Source: Octopus vulgaris
Lineage: Eukaryota
Assembly (NCBI GenBank): GCA_951406725.2
Contig: OX597821.1
Location: 116,498,001 to 116,562,000 of the forward strand
DNA length: 64,000 nucleotides
Reading direction: 5' to 3'
The translations under genes and the position numbers were made by a program. Positions 26,107 through 40,369 of the stretch are shown piece by piece; positions within the stretch are counted from its first letter, which is position 1, and every line of letters starts with the position of its first letter. The notes below the pieces were generated by a model. That model saw only the letters and a program-made list of their open reading frames with translations. It did no database searches and had not been told where the DNA came from.

Positions 26107-28551
26107 ATGTATATATATATATATGTGTATGTATGTATACTGAAGTATCTCTTAGTATTCCGTTACCTACTTATATTTTTGATAATATCACCTGATGGTG
26201 ATAAGTTCTTTGTAGCACCTACTAAACAAAATGATTTTATTATCTTTGAGTCAGTGCAGTTGTCAACTGAAGTAGTGGGTTACAATTAACTGCTTCATAG
26301 GATGACAAAGGAACTAACTCTTAATTGAAGAAAACCTCATAGAAGTTGTTTTACCTCATAGTTGGAAATGTTATGACTGGGTCATGGATTCAGAATGTAG
26401 TGGGTTGAGATTGGGGAATTTCTTACTATTCAATAAAATACTATCTACGCAAACTGCTAACAACAAGTTCAATAAAGTGAAACATATTGTAGTATAATGT
26501 AATAGTATCAAACTTAACATTTTCCTGCTTGAAATTCAATTATGAAATACCTTAGACTTTAGTGCACTTTATTAACATGATTGTTGTGAGAATATACTTC
26601 GATGTGTTAAGATTTTAGTACATGCACACACTTCTCTTTTTCTTTTCTGTTATCCTCCTAATTCTTTCCTTTCCCAGTCAAACCAAAATGAATTAATCAC
26701 TGCAATAACAATAGGAAAAAAAAATACCCAAAAAACTAATGTATATCCAAACTGTTTGAATTGCCTGAAGAAGTAATTTGTCTGTCCATGCAGAGTTCGT
26801 TAGCAAATCTGAATAACTACATTAAATACCCAACAGTTTTAACATATATTATAGTCTTTCTTGTTCACTGTGACTTATCTCTGGATCTTCAATGGCACCA
26901 ATAAAAGACAGCTTTTCAGATGCAATAATGAGGGCACTAAAACTAGTAAAGCTGGTAAGGAAATAAATTTAAACCCAAACACATTCAGTTCCCACTCATG
27001 CTCATTGATAAAAGTAATCTCATTACAAGAGAAACACTTCAATTATAACATTTACCAAAACATATTTATTCTGGGAAAATTTATGGCAACTGGGAACCAC
27101 TGGATTCTGAAGTTCTGAAATTACAAAAGTGTCTCTCTGAAATATATTATAAATAAAATTTTAAAAAATTGTCTCCTGTTATACTGCATTTTACTTTTCT
27201 GTTATTTTTCATCCATCAGGACTGAAATAAAGCTTTATTATTGAATTACACTAACATTGTAGATGTTTTGTTTGTGTTTCAGTTATTTTCTAGAATTAGT
27301 GACTTAATTATTATATTGTTTTGGAATTCACTGTCTACTGTAATATCTGAACTGTTAAAACTTAACCAAAAGAGATGTTTTCAAAGTGTTCCAATCATAA
27401 ATTATATCAATTAGAAATCAGTTTAAAACGAATCAGTTATATGAGAAAAAAAAATATTATTCAATGTTGTGGAAAAAAATTGTTTCTTATGTTTCTTGCA
27501 GTTTACTAATAACCTCTTTAAAAAAAAAAAAAAGAGAACAAACTGAAAACATTGAAAAGATTTTCTGAAAAATAATTAATTTGTTTATTATTTCACATTG
27601 TTGGATTAGTTAAAAGGTGATTTTTGAAGCTAAAATTGTTATAAACTTAAATTTATACTGACAAAGTACTGGGAAAAAAAATTGCTTCTTTGAAAAAATT
27701 CTATATTATATTCTAGTTCTACTTAATTTTAGAACTTTGGATACATTATATAGCCTTTATGAATAATTTGATTTCTTTAAGGAAAGAATATATTTTTTCT
27801 TTCTTTTACCTCTATCACTGTAATATATAGATATTTAAAAAAAATATTTACATTTGGTGAAACAATCAATTGATGAATCAGCTGAAGACTTAAATGTTTA
27901 TCTTAAAACTGAACTTTAAGCTAACACCCAACACTTCAATGTTGCATTCCTCCACTTTAGAAATGACCTTTGTGTAAAGAATATCAAAGAAACTGTATAC
28001 AAATAATTGACATTGAAGAAATTCAAATTTCATCCTAATACAACAACTGCAACACCATAAATTGCCACAACTCTATCAATTGCTACAGCTTTGTTAGTAA
28101 CCACATTCTTCATTTTCTTATAACATTGTCAGTTACTGCAGCACTCTTTGCCACTGACGATAAAATACACTTCACAGCCAGTAAAACACAACGCTATCAG
28201 TAACCACAAATTAACCAGTAAATAGACTAACAATGATAGAGACTGTATAAGGAGATAAAGCTAATTTTACCATAAAATTCTAAAGAGAATCTTGTAATTT
28301 CTGTGCTGTTTGAATTCTACCAGTTTATGTCAACATTGATTTGATATCAACTAATAATTAAATGAGTAAAGAAATGACTTTTTTAGCTAATGCTGGCTTA
28401 ATGTTACTTGTTCTAAAACATTTTGACTTTCATTGAATTAGAAAGTTGTCACTTGTTGAGTAAATTGAATCAAATGTGCATAGCACATAGCTAAGGTTCT
28501 TCAAAGTTAATCCATAAATGGTCGACTTATTTGAGATGTGGCAGTGTACAT

Positions 28552-28582
<31 letters not shown>

Positions 28583-28626
28583 TAATGCACTTCACTGTAC
28601 AGTCCTGCTAATAATTTGGCTTTCTA

Positions 28627-29538
28627 GACGGCGAGCTGGCAGAAATGTTAGCATGCCAGGCGAAATGCTTAGTGGTATTTTGTCTGCCGCTACGTTCTGA
28701 GTTCAAATTCTGCCAAGGTCGACTTTGCCTTTCATCCTTTCGGGGTCGATTAAATAAGTACCAGTTATGCACTGGGATCACGGTAATTGACTTAATCTGT
28801 TTGTCTGTCCTTGTTTGTCCCCTCTGCGTTTAGCCCCTTGTGGGTAGTAAAGAAATAGGTATTTTGTTCTAAGTTCAAATTCCATAGAGGTCAACTTTGC
28901 CTTTCATCCTTTTGGGCTTGATAAATTAAGTACCAGTTGCATACTGGGATCGATCTAATCAACTGATCCCCTCCCCAAGAATTTCAGGCCTAGAGTAGAA
29001 AAGAATAATTTTGTCGTGTAATGATAATTTTGTATTGACCAAAATTTTAGACTTTTGGTCTCAAGGGTTCCAAAATCAGCAAAGGCCTTTTCTTTCTTAT
29101 CGCAGAAAATTTGCTTTTCTACACAATAAATTAAGCACCAGTTGCATTCTGGGGTCAATTTAATCAATTGTCCTCCTCTCCAGAAATTTCAGGCCTTGTG
29201 CCTAGAGTAGAAAAGAATATTTTGGTTTTCCTGTTTCATGTCTGATGAGGTATGTTGATGCTAACAAACTCTCTGTTTGACATTGATGATAATTTTGAAG
29301 ACAAGACGGTGAGCTGGCTGAAACGCTAGCATGCTGGGCGAAATGCGTAGCCGTATTTCATCTGCCGCTACGTTCTGAGTTCAAATTCCGCCAAGGTTGA
29401 CTTTGCCTTTCATCCTTTCGGGGTCGATAAATTAAGTACTAGTTATGCACTGGGGTTGATGTAATCAACTTAATCCGTTTGCCTGTCCTTGTTTGTCCCC
29501 CTCTATGTTTAGCCCCTTGTGGGTAGTAAAGAAATAGA
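28627..29538 (+). mobile_element. Cluster of SINE family C copies (Nin/Deu-like core)
   Basis: GGCGAGCTGGCAGAA..GAGTTCAAATTC..GACTTTGCCTTTCATCCTTTCGGGGTCGAT..AAGTACCAG. Full copies at about 28627 and 29305 plus tandem partial copies. Confidence 0.85.
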
Positions 29539-31002
29539 TAATTTTGAAGACCTAGTTCCAAATCTATTGAATGTGTTTCAGTTGCAGGATTGTATACTAA
29601 CATACACACATACACACACACATACATACTCACAGACACACACACACATACATACTCACAGACACACACACACATACATACTCACAGACACACACACACA
29701 TACATGCATACACTAACATTAAACATGTGAAAAATAAAAAAAAAGTAAAATGTGTTTGAATAATGTTTTAACTCTATTACTACTGTTTAAAGCTTTGTTA
29801 TATTTTATTGAACGATATTCACTGGCTACAAATTCTGTGGATCTGTACATGTATGGAATTAAAGAAAGGGATTACATAAGCAAAACTTAGCATATTTATA
29901 AAAGGATGTTTGTGTGAGTATCCATAGCAGGAGAGATATGAACATCTCTGGGTGTACATATGAAGCTGTCTATATATATGTATGTGTGTTTGTGCGTGTG
30001 TGTGTGTGTTGTGTCTGTAGGTATATACATGTACCTATCAACAGTCGCACACTGTTGTGCTTATTTAATGCAGATATATGTACTGCAACAGGAAACACAC
30101 ATGTGAGTGTGTGTGTGTGTAATATACACATATATACACACACATAGCAGTGTGCTTATAGTTACATTACTTTATATCAATAATATACAATGTGTCCCTC
30201 ATTTTCACCTTGCCATATCTCATTCCCATTTGTTCCACATGTTGTTTCTCAATTCACGGGAAGAATGAAGACACATCTTTAATGTTTTTCATTTCTGTAA
30301 ATATTTTTGAGGGAAAATACAGCTATTAAAAGTACTTATATTTAAAACTACTAAAAAACCAAAGTAGGTATCGAAAAAAATACCTTATAATTAAGGCATG
30401 CTTTTCCCTTTCCTTTCGCAGATCTTATCTTGTTTGTGCATGAATGTAATTTTTGCTTCACTTTGTTTTTTTGTTCTCTCCCATCTAATTTGTCTTTTCT
30501 TCCAAGCAATATATGTATTATTTACCTCTTGTTACTGCAGTTATTAGCTATATTTTTTTACTTAACCTTTTAAATAAATCATACAAAAAAAAAGTAAGTT
30601 AATTAATTCCCTCCAATATGGAAAGAACAATATTTTTTTTTTTTTTTTGGCAATCCCCACTTTGAAATTAATTGTTCAATATCATCTTATTATGAGGAAC
30701 TTCTAGTCCTTAAGTCAACCAAAAGTTATTCTCTAATTTTGCACCCTTTGTCATCTTTTTTTTTTACCCCCATTTTCCACCTGCTTAATTTCTCATCTAT
30801 TGTACTTTTTACAAATGTCTTGCTTTGAAGAGAATATTTCTCCCTTTTGCCTTTCAAGGAGATTTTATGTCAGAAGCTGATGCTATAATGGGATTATGGA
30901 GGTCATTAATTAATTATAATATAATGAATCCCTCAAGGCAGCCAACTGTCAATATGTATGTTTTCTAACTTAAACTTACAAACACTCTCTCTCCCCCCTC
31001 TC

Positions 31003-31040
<38 letters not shown>

Positions 31041-31049
31041 GTCTGTATG

Positions 31050-31104
<55 letters not shown>

Positions 31105-31308
31105 ATGGATATATGTATGTATTTATATATATATATGCATATATATACACACATATATATATACATATACCTTTGTATATATGTATGTGTTTTGTTCAGT
31201 TATAATAAAAACAATTTTGCATTGATCTGATGGTTTAACTGGCTGAAACTTCAAAGTCATTGTCAATAATATTCTTGCTTAAGAATAATGAATATGTGTG
31301 TGCGTATG

Positions 31309-31378
<70 letters not shown>

Positions 31379-31504
31379 TATTAAAAATCTATTGTAGTTG
31401 AATATTTTAATAATGTTTAGAAACTAGACAAGGTGTAATGGGCATTGAAAACATACCCCACCCTTCTCCCAGTTCATATATACATTCCTGGTTAATGACC
31501 TGTG

Positions 31505-31751
31505 CAGTGTTCCTTCTAGGTTGTGCACTTGTGCATGCACACATATTTTACAACTGGTGCACAATGGGAATAAGTGTGTGCACACAAGGTTTTTCAAGAT
31601 GAAACTGAATTTTTTTTTTTAATGAAAGAAATTTTGAGCAATGGTTACTCCCATGGACGCATGCATACTTTGTAAAGAAAGGTTAAAATGTATACACAAG
31701 CAAAGTTTGGTGCTCACCAACAACAACAAAACAAAATTCATGGGAACATTG
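31505..31751. mobile_element. Possible MITE
   Basis: CAGTGTTCCT ... GGGAACATTG imperfect TIRs, no clear target duplication. Confidence 0.4.
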
Positions 31752-32138
31752 AGCTTATGACTGTTTAATACATACACAAATAAATAGACTTAACTCATTT
31801 ATTTGTTTATTTGTTGTTGTTCTCTTTATTCATCACACATTCAAAAACCTTGAGGTTATTCTCCTCTCTTCTCTAGCATATCAGAACAACAAAATTTGTT
31901 TAAGTTCAGTTCCATTGAATAACATATAGATTCCTTCCCATCAAAAAATAAATAAATCAATGAATAGATTTTTGTTTTCCTAACAGAAAGGAAATAATTA
32001 CAGAAATCAATACAACACCATCATAGCAGCTTAAATCTTACAAATAACTAAGGTTTCCTTGTTTCATTATTTTTTGGCCCCTTGTTGCAAATAAAGAAAT
32101 CATCATTGACGTTGTTGTTGCTGTTGTTGTTGTTGTTG

Positions 32139-32182
<44 letters not shown>

Positions 32183-32263
32183 TAATGGTATGAACAAATG
32201 TGCTGCATTTGGGATCAATGTTCTTAATACTGGGTCATAACTAGTTTCCTTAGATAACAAGGA

Positions 32264-32297
<34 letters not shown>

Positions 32298-32299
<2 letters not shown>

Positions 32300-32505
32300 G
32301 GCGGCAGAATTGTTAGCATGCTGGACGAAATGCTTAGCAGTATTTCGCCCATTGCTCCATTCTGAGTTCAAATTCCACCAAGGTCAACTTTGCCTTTCAT
32401 CCTTTCAGAATCGATAAAATAAGTACCAGTTAAACACTGGGGTCGATGTAACTGACTCATCCCCACCTCACCCAAGCTGCTGTTGTGGCAAAAAAATTTG
32501 AAATA
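32298..32505 (+). mobile_element. SINE family C within a (TTA)n tract
   Basis: Same head and core as the 28627 copy. Confidence 0.8.
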
Positions 32506-32524
32506 ATTATTATTATTATTAGCA

Positions 32525-33500
32525 TCATCACTTCACTTCTCCGAGCTCTTGATTTCACTTGCTCCACCTAGTTGTCAAGGGACTCACAGAGTCTCTTTCC
32601 ATGATATTTAACATCCAACTGCCAATACCAAAATCCTTGCTGTCCCCAATAAAGCAGTTCTCTGCCCTCAGTGCCCCTACAACTACTGCAATGACTGTGA
32701 CTTTCTTCATTGTCCACTTTCATGCAATCTCATCTTTTAGGGACTTGTTTCTGTTTTTTTTTATCATCCACTTGTACATCCCCACGTATGGCAATAAATA
32801 TGATCATAGTTTCCTTCATCATTTTATCAACTGTAACAATGTCTGGATTCTGAGCAACAATCACTGGATCACATGGATTGTCAGATCCCGCAAGATCTTA
32901 TACTCATTCTTCTTGGTGGCACCAGCTGGTTTATGCTCATACCATTTCAGTGTCCTTTCAAGACTGTACTTCTAACACAATCTCCAATGAACATACCTAG
33001 GAAGGGCATCCAGCTGTAGAAACTCTGCCAAATCAAGATTGTAGTCTGGTGCAGCCATCTGGTTCGCCAGACCTCAGTCAAATCGTCCAACCCATGCTAG
33101 CATGGAAAGCAGACGTTAAACGATGAAGCAAGAAAGCATTATCATGCTTCCTTTTGTATTCCTTCTGAGCCAAATTGCGACATTTACCCACAGTATGTGA
33201 GATTGTCTCATTTTTGCTGCCATACATCCTAGAAAGGAGTGATTCACTGCTCTTATCTATGTGGAACTTGGTGTAATTAGTCCTCAGAGCTTGTTCCTGA
33301 GAGCTGCATTTCAATGCCTCAGCGCATCCTTTCAGATCACTTTTCCTTACCTCTTGGTGGTGGTCTTGTCTTTCTCTTCCATTTCTCTAAGGTATTGCCT
33401 ATGCATTGCCTTCACTTTCCAAATGTTCAGTATTTCAATGCCTCATCTTGTTCTCCATCTTGTTTCTTAAATTCTTTTGGGTCTATTACATTTTCTCTAG
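32525..33500 (-). mobile_element. Degraded R4/Dong-type LINE C-terminal fragment, interrupted by a SINE D tail at about 33000-33125
   Basis: QEQALRTNY..IDK..ETISHTVGKC..LAQKEYKRKHDN (zinc-knuckle/RHD region), followed by KWYEHKP..KIL. Lies between (TTA)n tracts. Confidence 0.7.
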
Positions 33501-33530
33501 GTATAGTGTTGCTATTTCTAACAGCAACAA

Positions 33531-33568
<38 letters not shown>

Positions 33569-35389
33569 CTATCAATTAATTAATTAGGCATGATAACTTT
33601 TTTGCAAGGCAAAGGAAACAAGTGTCTTCCCCGACAACACAATGCAATTCCTGTTGGAACAGTATCACTTATATTAATAAAAATTAAAATTATAATAATA
33701 ATAATAATGATGATGATGATGATAGTGTGTTTGACTAAATGTATGTGTGAGACACCACTGTTTCCAGAAGTTATAAATTCATATTATATTTTCTTTAAAA
33801 ATACTCTTTATCCTTCTAATATTTAGTTTCCTTTGCCCTTCCATTTTCAGAATTAAATCATGATATCAGCTTACTGACTAAGTTTCTTCTTGAAAGATTG
33901 AGCTTGTTTTGGGCTAATGTTTTTATTTCTGTTTATAAAGTTCTTGTTTTCGCCTGAATTTTGGTTGTATGATAATCAAATTTGAGCTCCTCTCATATTG
34001 CAAATGTATATTTAAAGAAAAAAAAAAGGTTAATAATAAATAATGATAATGATAATAGTTGATTTTAAAAAATTTTAAATTCTAAAAATAGTTCTCAAAA
34101 AAGAAATATTGACATCAATTTCTGGTCATTTTACAAAGAGCTAAAGGCCCCCATGTTACCACATTTTTGTTTTCTCTTGTTAAATTACTTCAACAATATG
34201 TCAAGAAGCATTTCATTTTTTCTTGACAACATCTGAACAAAAGCAATTCTTAATCTTTAAGGAGAAAAGAAGTATTTTTCTTTCATTCAAAATCAAATAG
34301 AATGAGTTAGGCTAAGTTTTTCCTTTATCATAATATTTGACATTAAAACCATTTAAAATTTGGTTTTCATCTTCTAATTGAATTTAAACCAGAATTGCTT
34401 TGTGTACATTTGTTATTTATTGTCAAAATTTGATATTCTGGAGAGCATTTGACTTAAATTTCAACTGCCTAACAACTGTAATGTTACCTTAGCAAGCATT
34501 TCAAATCATTTACAATAATTATATCTTGCTTTCAATTGTACATTTTAAACAAAATGTAAAGAATTTTTTGCACACGAACATAATGAATCACTGTATTTCA
34601 AAATGTTTTCCTGAAGCCATTTTTAAAAAATTCCAAGTGTAACTTATTTCTAAGCAGTTATTGAAAAAAAAAAATCTACTCCCTGCCATTTAGGGATTTG
34701 ATTATCAAAGTTGTCAACTACAGTGGAATTCTCTCAATATTTCTGTGCTGAGCTTTCATGTAAGATGCTAGCTTCCACGCTGTTTAATGTTAATGTAGAA
34801 TAGAGAACTACACTTCAAGAAATAGTCTCTCCTTTTTTTAAAGAGACACAATATTTGCACAAAAATCTGTATCATGAAAAAAAAAAATTTGTTAGACATA
34901 TTGTAAATCCTGGCTTTTTTCCTATGCCTTGCAGTCAAATGTGATTTATTTATTTATTTATTTATTTCAATCTTAGTTCTGACTCCACAAATTGATAATG
35001 CTTTTGGAATGAGTGGAGTATTGATTTTTAAGAATTGGATTGTATATGAACTGTATTACACTGTTTTTATGCTCTTCGATAATATTGTTTAAGCCTTCCT
35101 CATGAAAGATTTCTTTAGGATAAACTGATATGTAGTCATACGAAAATGTTTTAACTTACATTTCTAGAACATTTGTCACACTTCCATAGATCTGAAAATC
35201 AAAATGACGAACGGACTTTCTGGTTGGCTTTCTGTTTTGTTTTTTTTTTTAATATGTAAGAGGAAAAACATATAACTACTGTTTTTATTTTTAATATATT
35301 ATGAAAAAAGACAAAAATCATTGTTTCCTGAAGAGAAAATCCTTAGCTATAAAACTAAGTATACAGCTACTAGAATTTTAAACAAATAT

Positions 35390-35432
<43 letters not shown>

Positions 35433-35439
35433 TATATAT

Positions 35440-35554
<115 letters not shown>

Positions 35555-36746
35555 CACACACACTTTCAGGAAGTGATTTATGGTCTTCATTATTTTTTTC
35601 CTCTTCTCATCCCTGTTATAACAAATAATTTTCATCTTCTTTCACCTCAAACATTTTCAGGTCAAGATTTTTTTTCGTCCCCTAAATTTTTCCATCTGTA
35701 TGTTTATAGGCAATGAATTAGTTTACAAAAGAAATGTTAATTTAATATTGGTTGGATTCAACTAATAATTAATTTCAAAAGCAATTAATTAATCATTGTA
35801 TTGTCTGCCTTAAACTACAGACTATTGACGGGCTTACTGAAGCATATTCCCCTTTCGTTACTCGTTTCTCGAAATGAGTCACCGTTATTTCCAAACATTA
35901 TCTGCAGAGATCATGCCCTCTTACAATTTTCATTTTAAGTTCACTGTTGATTCTAACATCAAACTAAACAACATTTTAAGTGATGTGTTTATAATAGTTA
36001 CATGTATGTACATGTCTACATATACAACTACGTAAATACATAGAGCAGAATTTTGTTGATAATGGTAGTCATATGTAAACCTATTGAAATAATTCATTGC
36101 ATCATTATTTTTTTTCTTCTTACCTAATAACAAATATACCAGGTAAGATTTAGCTAATTTTTCTGGGTTATTTTTTTTTTTTGTCAGAAAATGTATTTTT
36201 TAAACCATAACTCCCAAAAATGTAGTTGATTAAATAAAAAGAAAGAAATGAAACTCTACCCCCTATTTATTTGAGATTATTTCCAAATAAACCCTGGTGG
36301 CCTTATATTAGTAGTTATAGGATCTAGAATTAGTGGAATTTATTGTTTGTGAACTCTTATATTGAGCAGTTCAAATGTATTTAATGTTTAGCATTAAATC
36401 AAGTTTTGAAAACCAATGTGTCAATTTAGTATATCATTGTTCAGACGCAACCCTTTGTAAACATCATATCAGTGTGGGTTGGTTTTTTATCTTTTCTTCA
36501 GTTTTATTTGTTGATATATATATATATATATATATATAATTATATATATATGCATATATTTATAGATATATGTAATTATATATATGCATATATTATATAC
36601 ATGCATGCATATATATATATGCATATATATGTATATGTGTGTATATATACATATATATTTATCTATAATATATATATATATTTATACACATACATATACA
36701 CATGCATACATACATACATATATATATATACATATATATATATATA

Positions 36747-36808
<62 letters not shown>

Positions 36809-37722
36809 ATTTTCATCTACATTGGACTAATGAGGAGCTCATCACATTTTTCTGAAGGTTTTTTTAAATTAAAATGCAGACCGACATTCTGATGAGTGAC
36901 CTTTCATTGTCTCAGTAAGATTTCTTGATAGTAAGTACTTCAGCTGTCCACCTTGACTTGTTGGTGTTGTACAGATTTTGCTAAATTTGAACCTTAGCAG
37001 TTAACTAAGGAATGAACTTGTGTCCTGCTTTTCTTGTTACTTAAAAAAAAAAATAATCCACAACCGAAACTGTACTGCTTAGCTGTCAAAATGGTATGTC
37101 ATCAGTATGCCATGAATACCCAACTTTGGTGGCCACCACTTCTAAATATGAACAGAGTGACTGATCAATAAAAAGAGGAGAAAATAATGCCACAAAAAAT
37201 AATTAAAAAAACAACCACCTATCAAAAATGTCTCTATATATTATTTTGATGTTTTCTCTCAATTACTATATATATCATCATGTTTGTAATGATGTTTGCA
37301 TGCAAACATGTTCATACATACAGAACTGGATACCTATAAAGATATATTGTATAGCAGTGTAAATAAACAACTGTTTTTACATTAGAATATAACTATGAAA
37401 ATATTATTGCTTATTCGACAAGGAGAATCTATTTGTATTTATGTATGTATGAATGTGTATCTGAAGGAGTGTATATAGTACACACACATACATATATGTG
37501 TGTATTTTTGTATTTATTTCCAAACGAATGCAATGAAGATGAACACACATACACACACACACACACACACTCACATACATACAGGTATATCAAATACCAT
37601 ACAATACAAATTCTTGAGTTATTAAAATTATCTCCACCTCTAAAGGATGTATTAAAATTACTAAGTTGGCAATTAAGACCCGCTCCACTTGAGAAGGGGT
37701 GATAATATCATGAGATAATCAT

Positions 37723-37752
<30 letters not shown>

Positions 37753-37756
<4 letters not shown>

Positions 37757-38424
37757 TAAGGAAAAGGAAGTAGTCAGGATTTTGGATAGCTATTTATTTT
37801 GTGCTTTCATCCCTTTTGAGAGATTCATCAAGAATGATCTTTTTTACAGAAAATTTATGCTTTTTATATATATGTGAGTTAGTTGAAAAACAATCTGAAG
37901 TTGAATAGGGAAGAGGACATTATTTGTTATTTTGAATATATGTATGTGTATGTGTGCATGCACAGGTGCATGTGTGTGTGTGTGTGTGTGAGTATGTTTG
38001 GTGAATTTTTGGAGGCTTGATTTAAGAGAAAAAAATTAAAAAGGCAAGAAGAAAGAACGACAAAATAAATGGGGCATTTACTGGAATGGTTGAAATTGCA
38101 TTATATTTTTGGTCAATTGTTATGTTACACAGCTGGGCAACATGCCATTAGACACATGCATATATATATCATCATCACCATCATCATCGTTTAACATCCG
38201 ATGATGATGATGATGATATATATATGCATACACATACATATAGATTCAAAATAACAAAGAAAATCTTCTTCTTGATTCAACTCCAGATTGTTATTCTACT
38301 CATATATATAATAAAAACCATAAATTTTCCGTAAAAAACCCATTCATGATGAATCTCTCAAAAGAGATGAAAACACTAAATAAATATTTATCCAGAATAT
38401 TATCTGCCTCCTTTTTCTTAATAT
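37753..38424. repeat. Diverged about 190-bp inverted repeat with a hammerhead-like core
   Basis: 37753-37950 is the reverse complement of 38228-38424 (e.g. CTTTTGAGAGATTCATCA / TGATGAATCTCTCAAAAG). Confidence 0.8.
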
Positions 38425-40037
38425 TTAGAATCTGTACACCACTCCAAACAATCAATCAATATACACACACATACATACACACACACATACATACATACAC
38501 ACATACACACATACATACATACATATAATGACATATGTACTTTTGTGTTAATTTTATTCAATTTTGTTCATAATTTAGACACTTCCCATTCTGTATTCAA
38601 CTTTTTCAATTTCATGATAATTCTTGAAAATTGCTTTGTTTTGTACAATATGTTATAGCATAAGGACAATATCCCATTTTTCTCCAATTGACTACCACAT
38701 TGTGCTTCTTATGCATTACAACAGACCTTCTGGGGGATTTGCAGCTATTTAAGACAATTTGATTTTGATCTGATAGCTTTTAATGAACCTTTCAAATTAG
38801 TTGGCTAATTTTTAAACAACCATGAGTTTTACTTAATAAGCAAAACAAACATGATTCACAGGTTTGGCAGTGTTGTTAAATAATCCACTTAGCAACGATG
38901 TAAATTCAGGCTCAATTCCACTGTATGACACCTTGGTGTCAGCTATCTTCTATCAAAGCTCTGTGTCAAAACCTTGCGGATGGAAGTTCACTTGAAAACC
39001 ATAGAACCTGATGAAATGATGTTCCTTGTGTGTGGTGGGATGTTGAATTAAATTTTTGCTTTGTTCAACATCACACCACCACTACCACCACCACTTTGGC
39101 ATGTGGTATTTAGTTTTGGCTCATTAGATTCTGAGATCAAATCTCACTGAAGACAACATTGCATTTCGTCATTTCAAAATCAATAAAATCAAAACTAATC
39201 AAGAATGGGGGTCTATTTAACTGACCCTTTCATGAAAAATTTCTGGCCTTGTGTGTATATTAGAAATGAATGTTGTTAACTAATATTATCCAGCCAGGGT
39301 CAACTTAGGCAATGGACTGGCAAAATCGTTTGTGCATCAGAGCAGACATCTATGGTGTCTTGTTACAAACCTTCTAATTTTGACTTAAATACCTGCCCAC
39401 ATCATCTTTGCCTTACATCCACCAAAGATTGATAAAATAAAGTGCCAGTCAAGCTCAGGGATTGCTTTAAAATTCTTGTAATGTATCCTAAACGTGAATG
39501 GAATTACAATAAAATTTCATCTCTTGCCTTTCATCTTTCAAGGTCAGTGAAATAAATACCACATCAAATACTGCAATGGTGTGTGTAGTGGTGGGCAGGG
39601 ACCAACCTAATAGATTTTTCCCTCTCCTATTATTTGCTATTTTGTTCCTATGTAAGGCAGCATCATTATTGCCACCAAAGTTACTATTAATTTATACCTT
39701 AACATTAGCATATTTCAATATTAATCAAATATACTAAGTCTTAGAAGTCCATTATGGAATTGTAAAAACTCCACCTTTGTTCCCTAAAATATTCTCTGTG
39801 TACCAGTATTTTATAAATTCCTAGCTTATTGATTTTTTGATTCCAAACTGGTTGAACAAGATCTGTTTTGAAGACACACATATCCTTTGTGTATATTTTG
39901 GTTTTATTCTCAATGTGCATATCAGGTTATTGATAAGCATAAATATGCATTCATACACAGCTACATGTGTGTGTGTGTGTGTATATATAGTGCACCTTGT
40001 CGTCTAGATCACCTGTGAACTAAACCCCCATATTTTG

Positions 40038-40069
<32 letters not shown>

Positions 40070-40071
<2 letters not shown>

Positions 40072-40304
40072 AGAGCAAGCACGTAAATGTGAAACAAGGT
40101 AGAAAAAAGAGTACTCAAATACCAGAGGTAGAGTAATATGCTTTATTTAAAAGCAGCAGAAATATAACAAAAACTGTTACTCAGAGTTTCACATTCCCAT
40201 TCGTCAGACAGTTTTGTTAAACTGTTTAACAAAAACTGTCCGACGAACGGGAGTGAAACTCTGAGTAACAGCTTTTGTTATATTTCTGCTGCTTTAAAAT
40301 AAAG
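40070..40304. mobile_element. Penelope-like pLTR fold-back element, second copy of the 15392 family
   Basis: Leader TAAATGTGAAACAAGGT.GAAAAAAGAGTACTCAAATACCAG shared with 15392. Arms 40141-40222 / 40224-40304, inside TA/TCTA tracts. Confidence 0.78.
40169..40215 (-). ncRNA. Minimal type-I hammerhead ribozyme motif
   Basis: Minus strand AAAACUGU-CUGACGA-AUGGGAAUGU-GAAA-CUCUGAG-UA-ACAGUUUU with a perfect 8-bp helix I. AAUAAA lies about 25 nt downstream. Confidence 0.68.
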
Positions 40305-40314
40305 TATATATCTA

Positions 40315-40369
<55 letters not shown>

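Noticed and set aside
35858-35880. Small hairpin ACTCGTTTCTCGAAATGAGT
   Set aside because: A 9-bp stem can occur by chance in 64 kb; too short for a pre-miRNA
36885-36920. CTGATGAG as a hammerhead or C/D-box core
   Set aside because: No GAAA after a helix II and no convincing terminal stem
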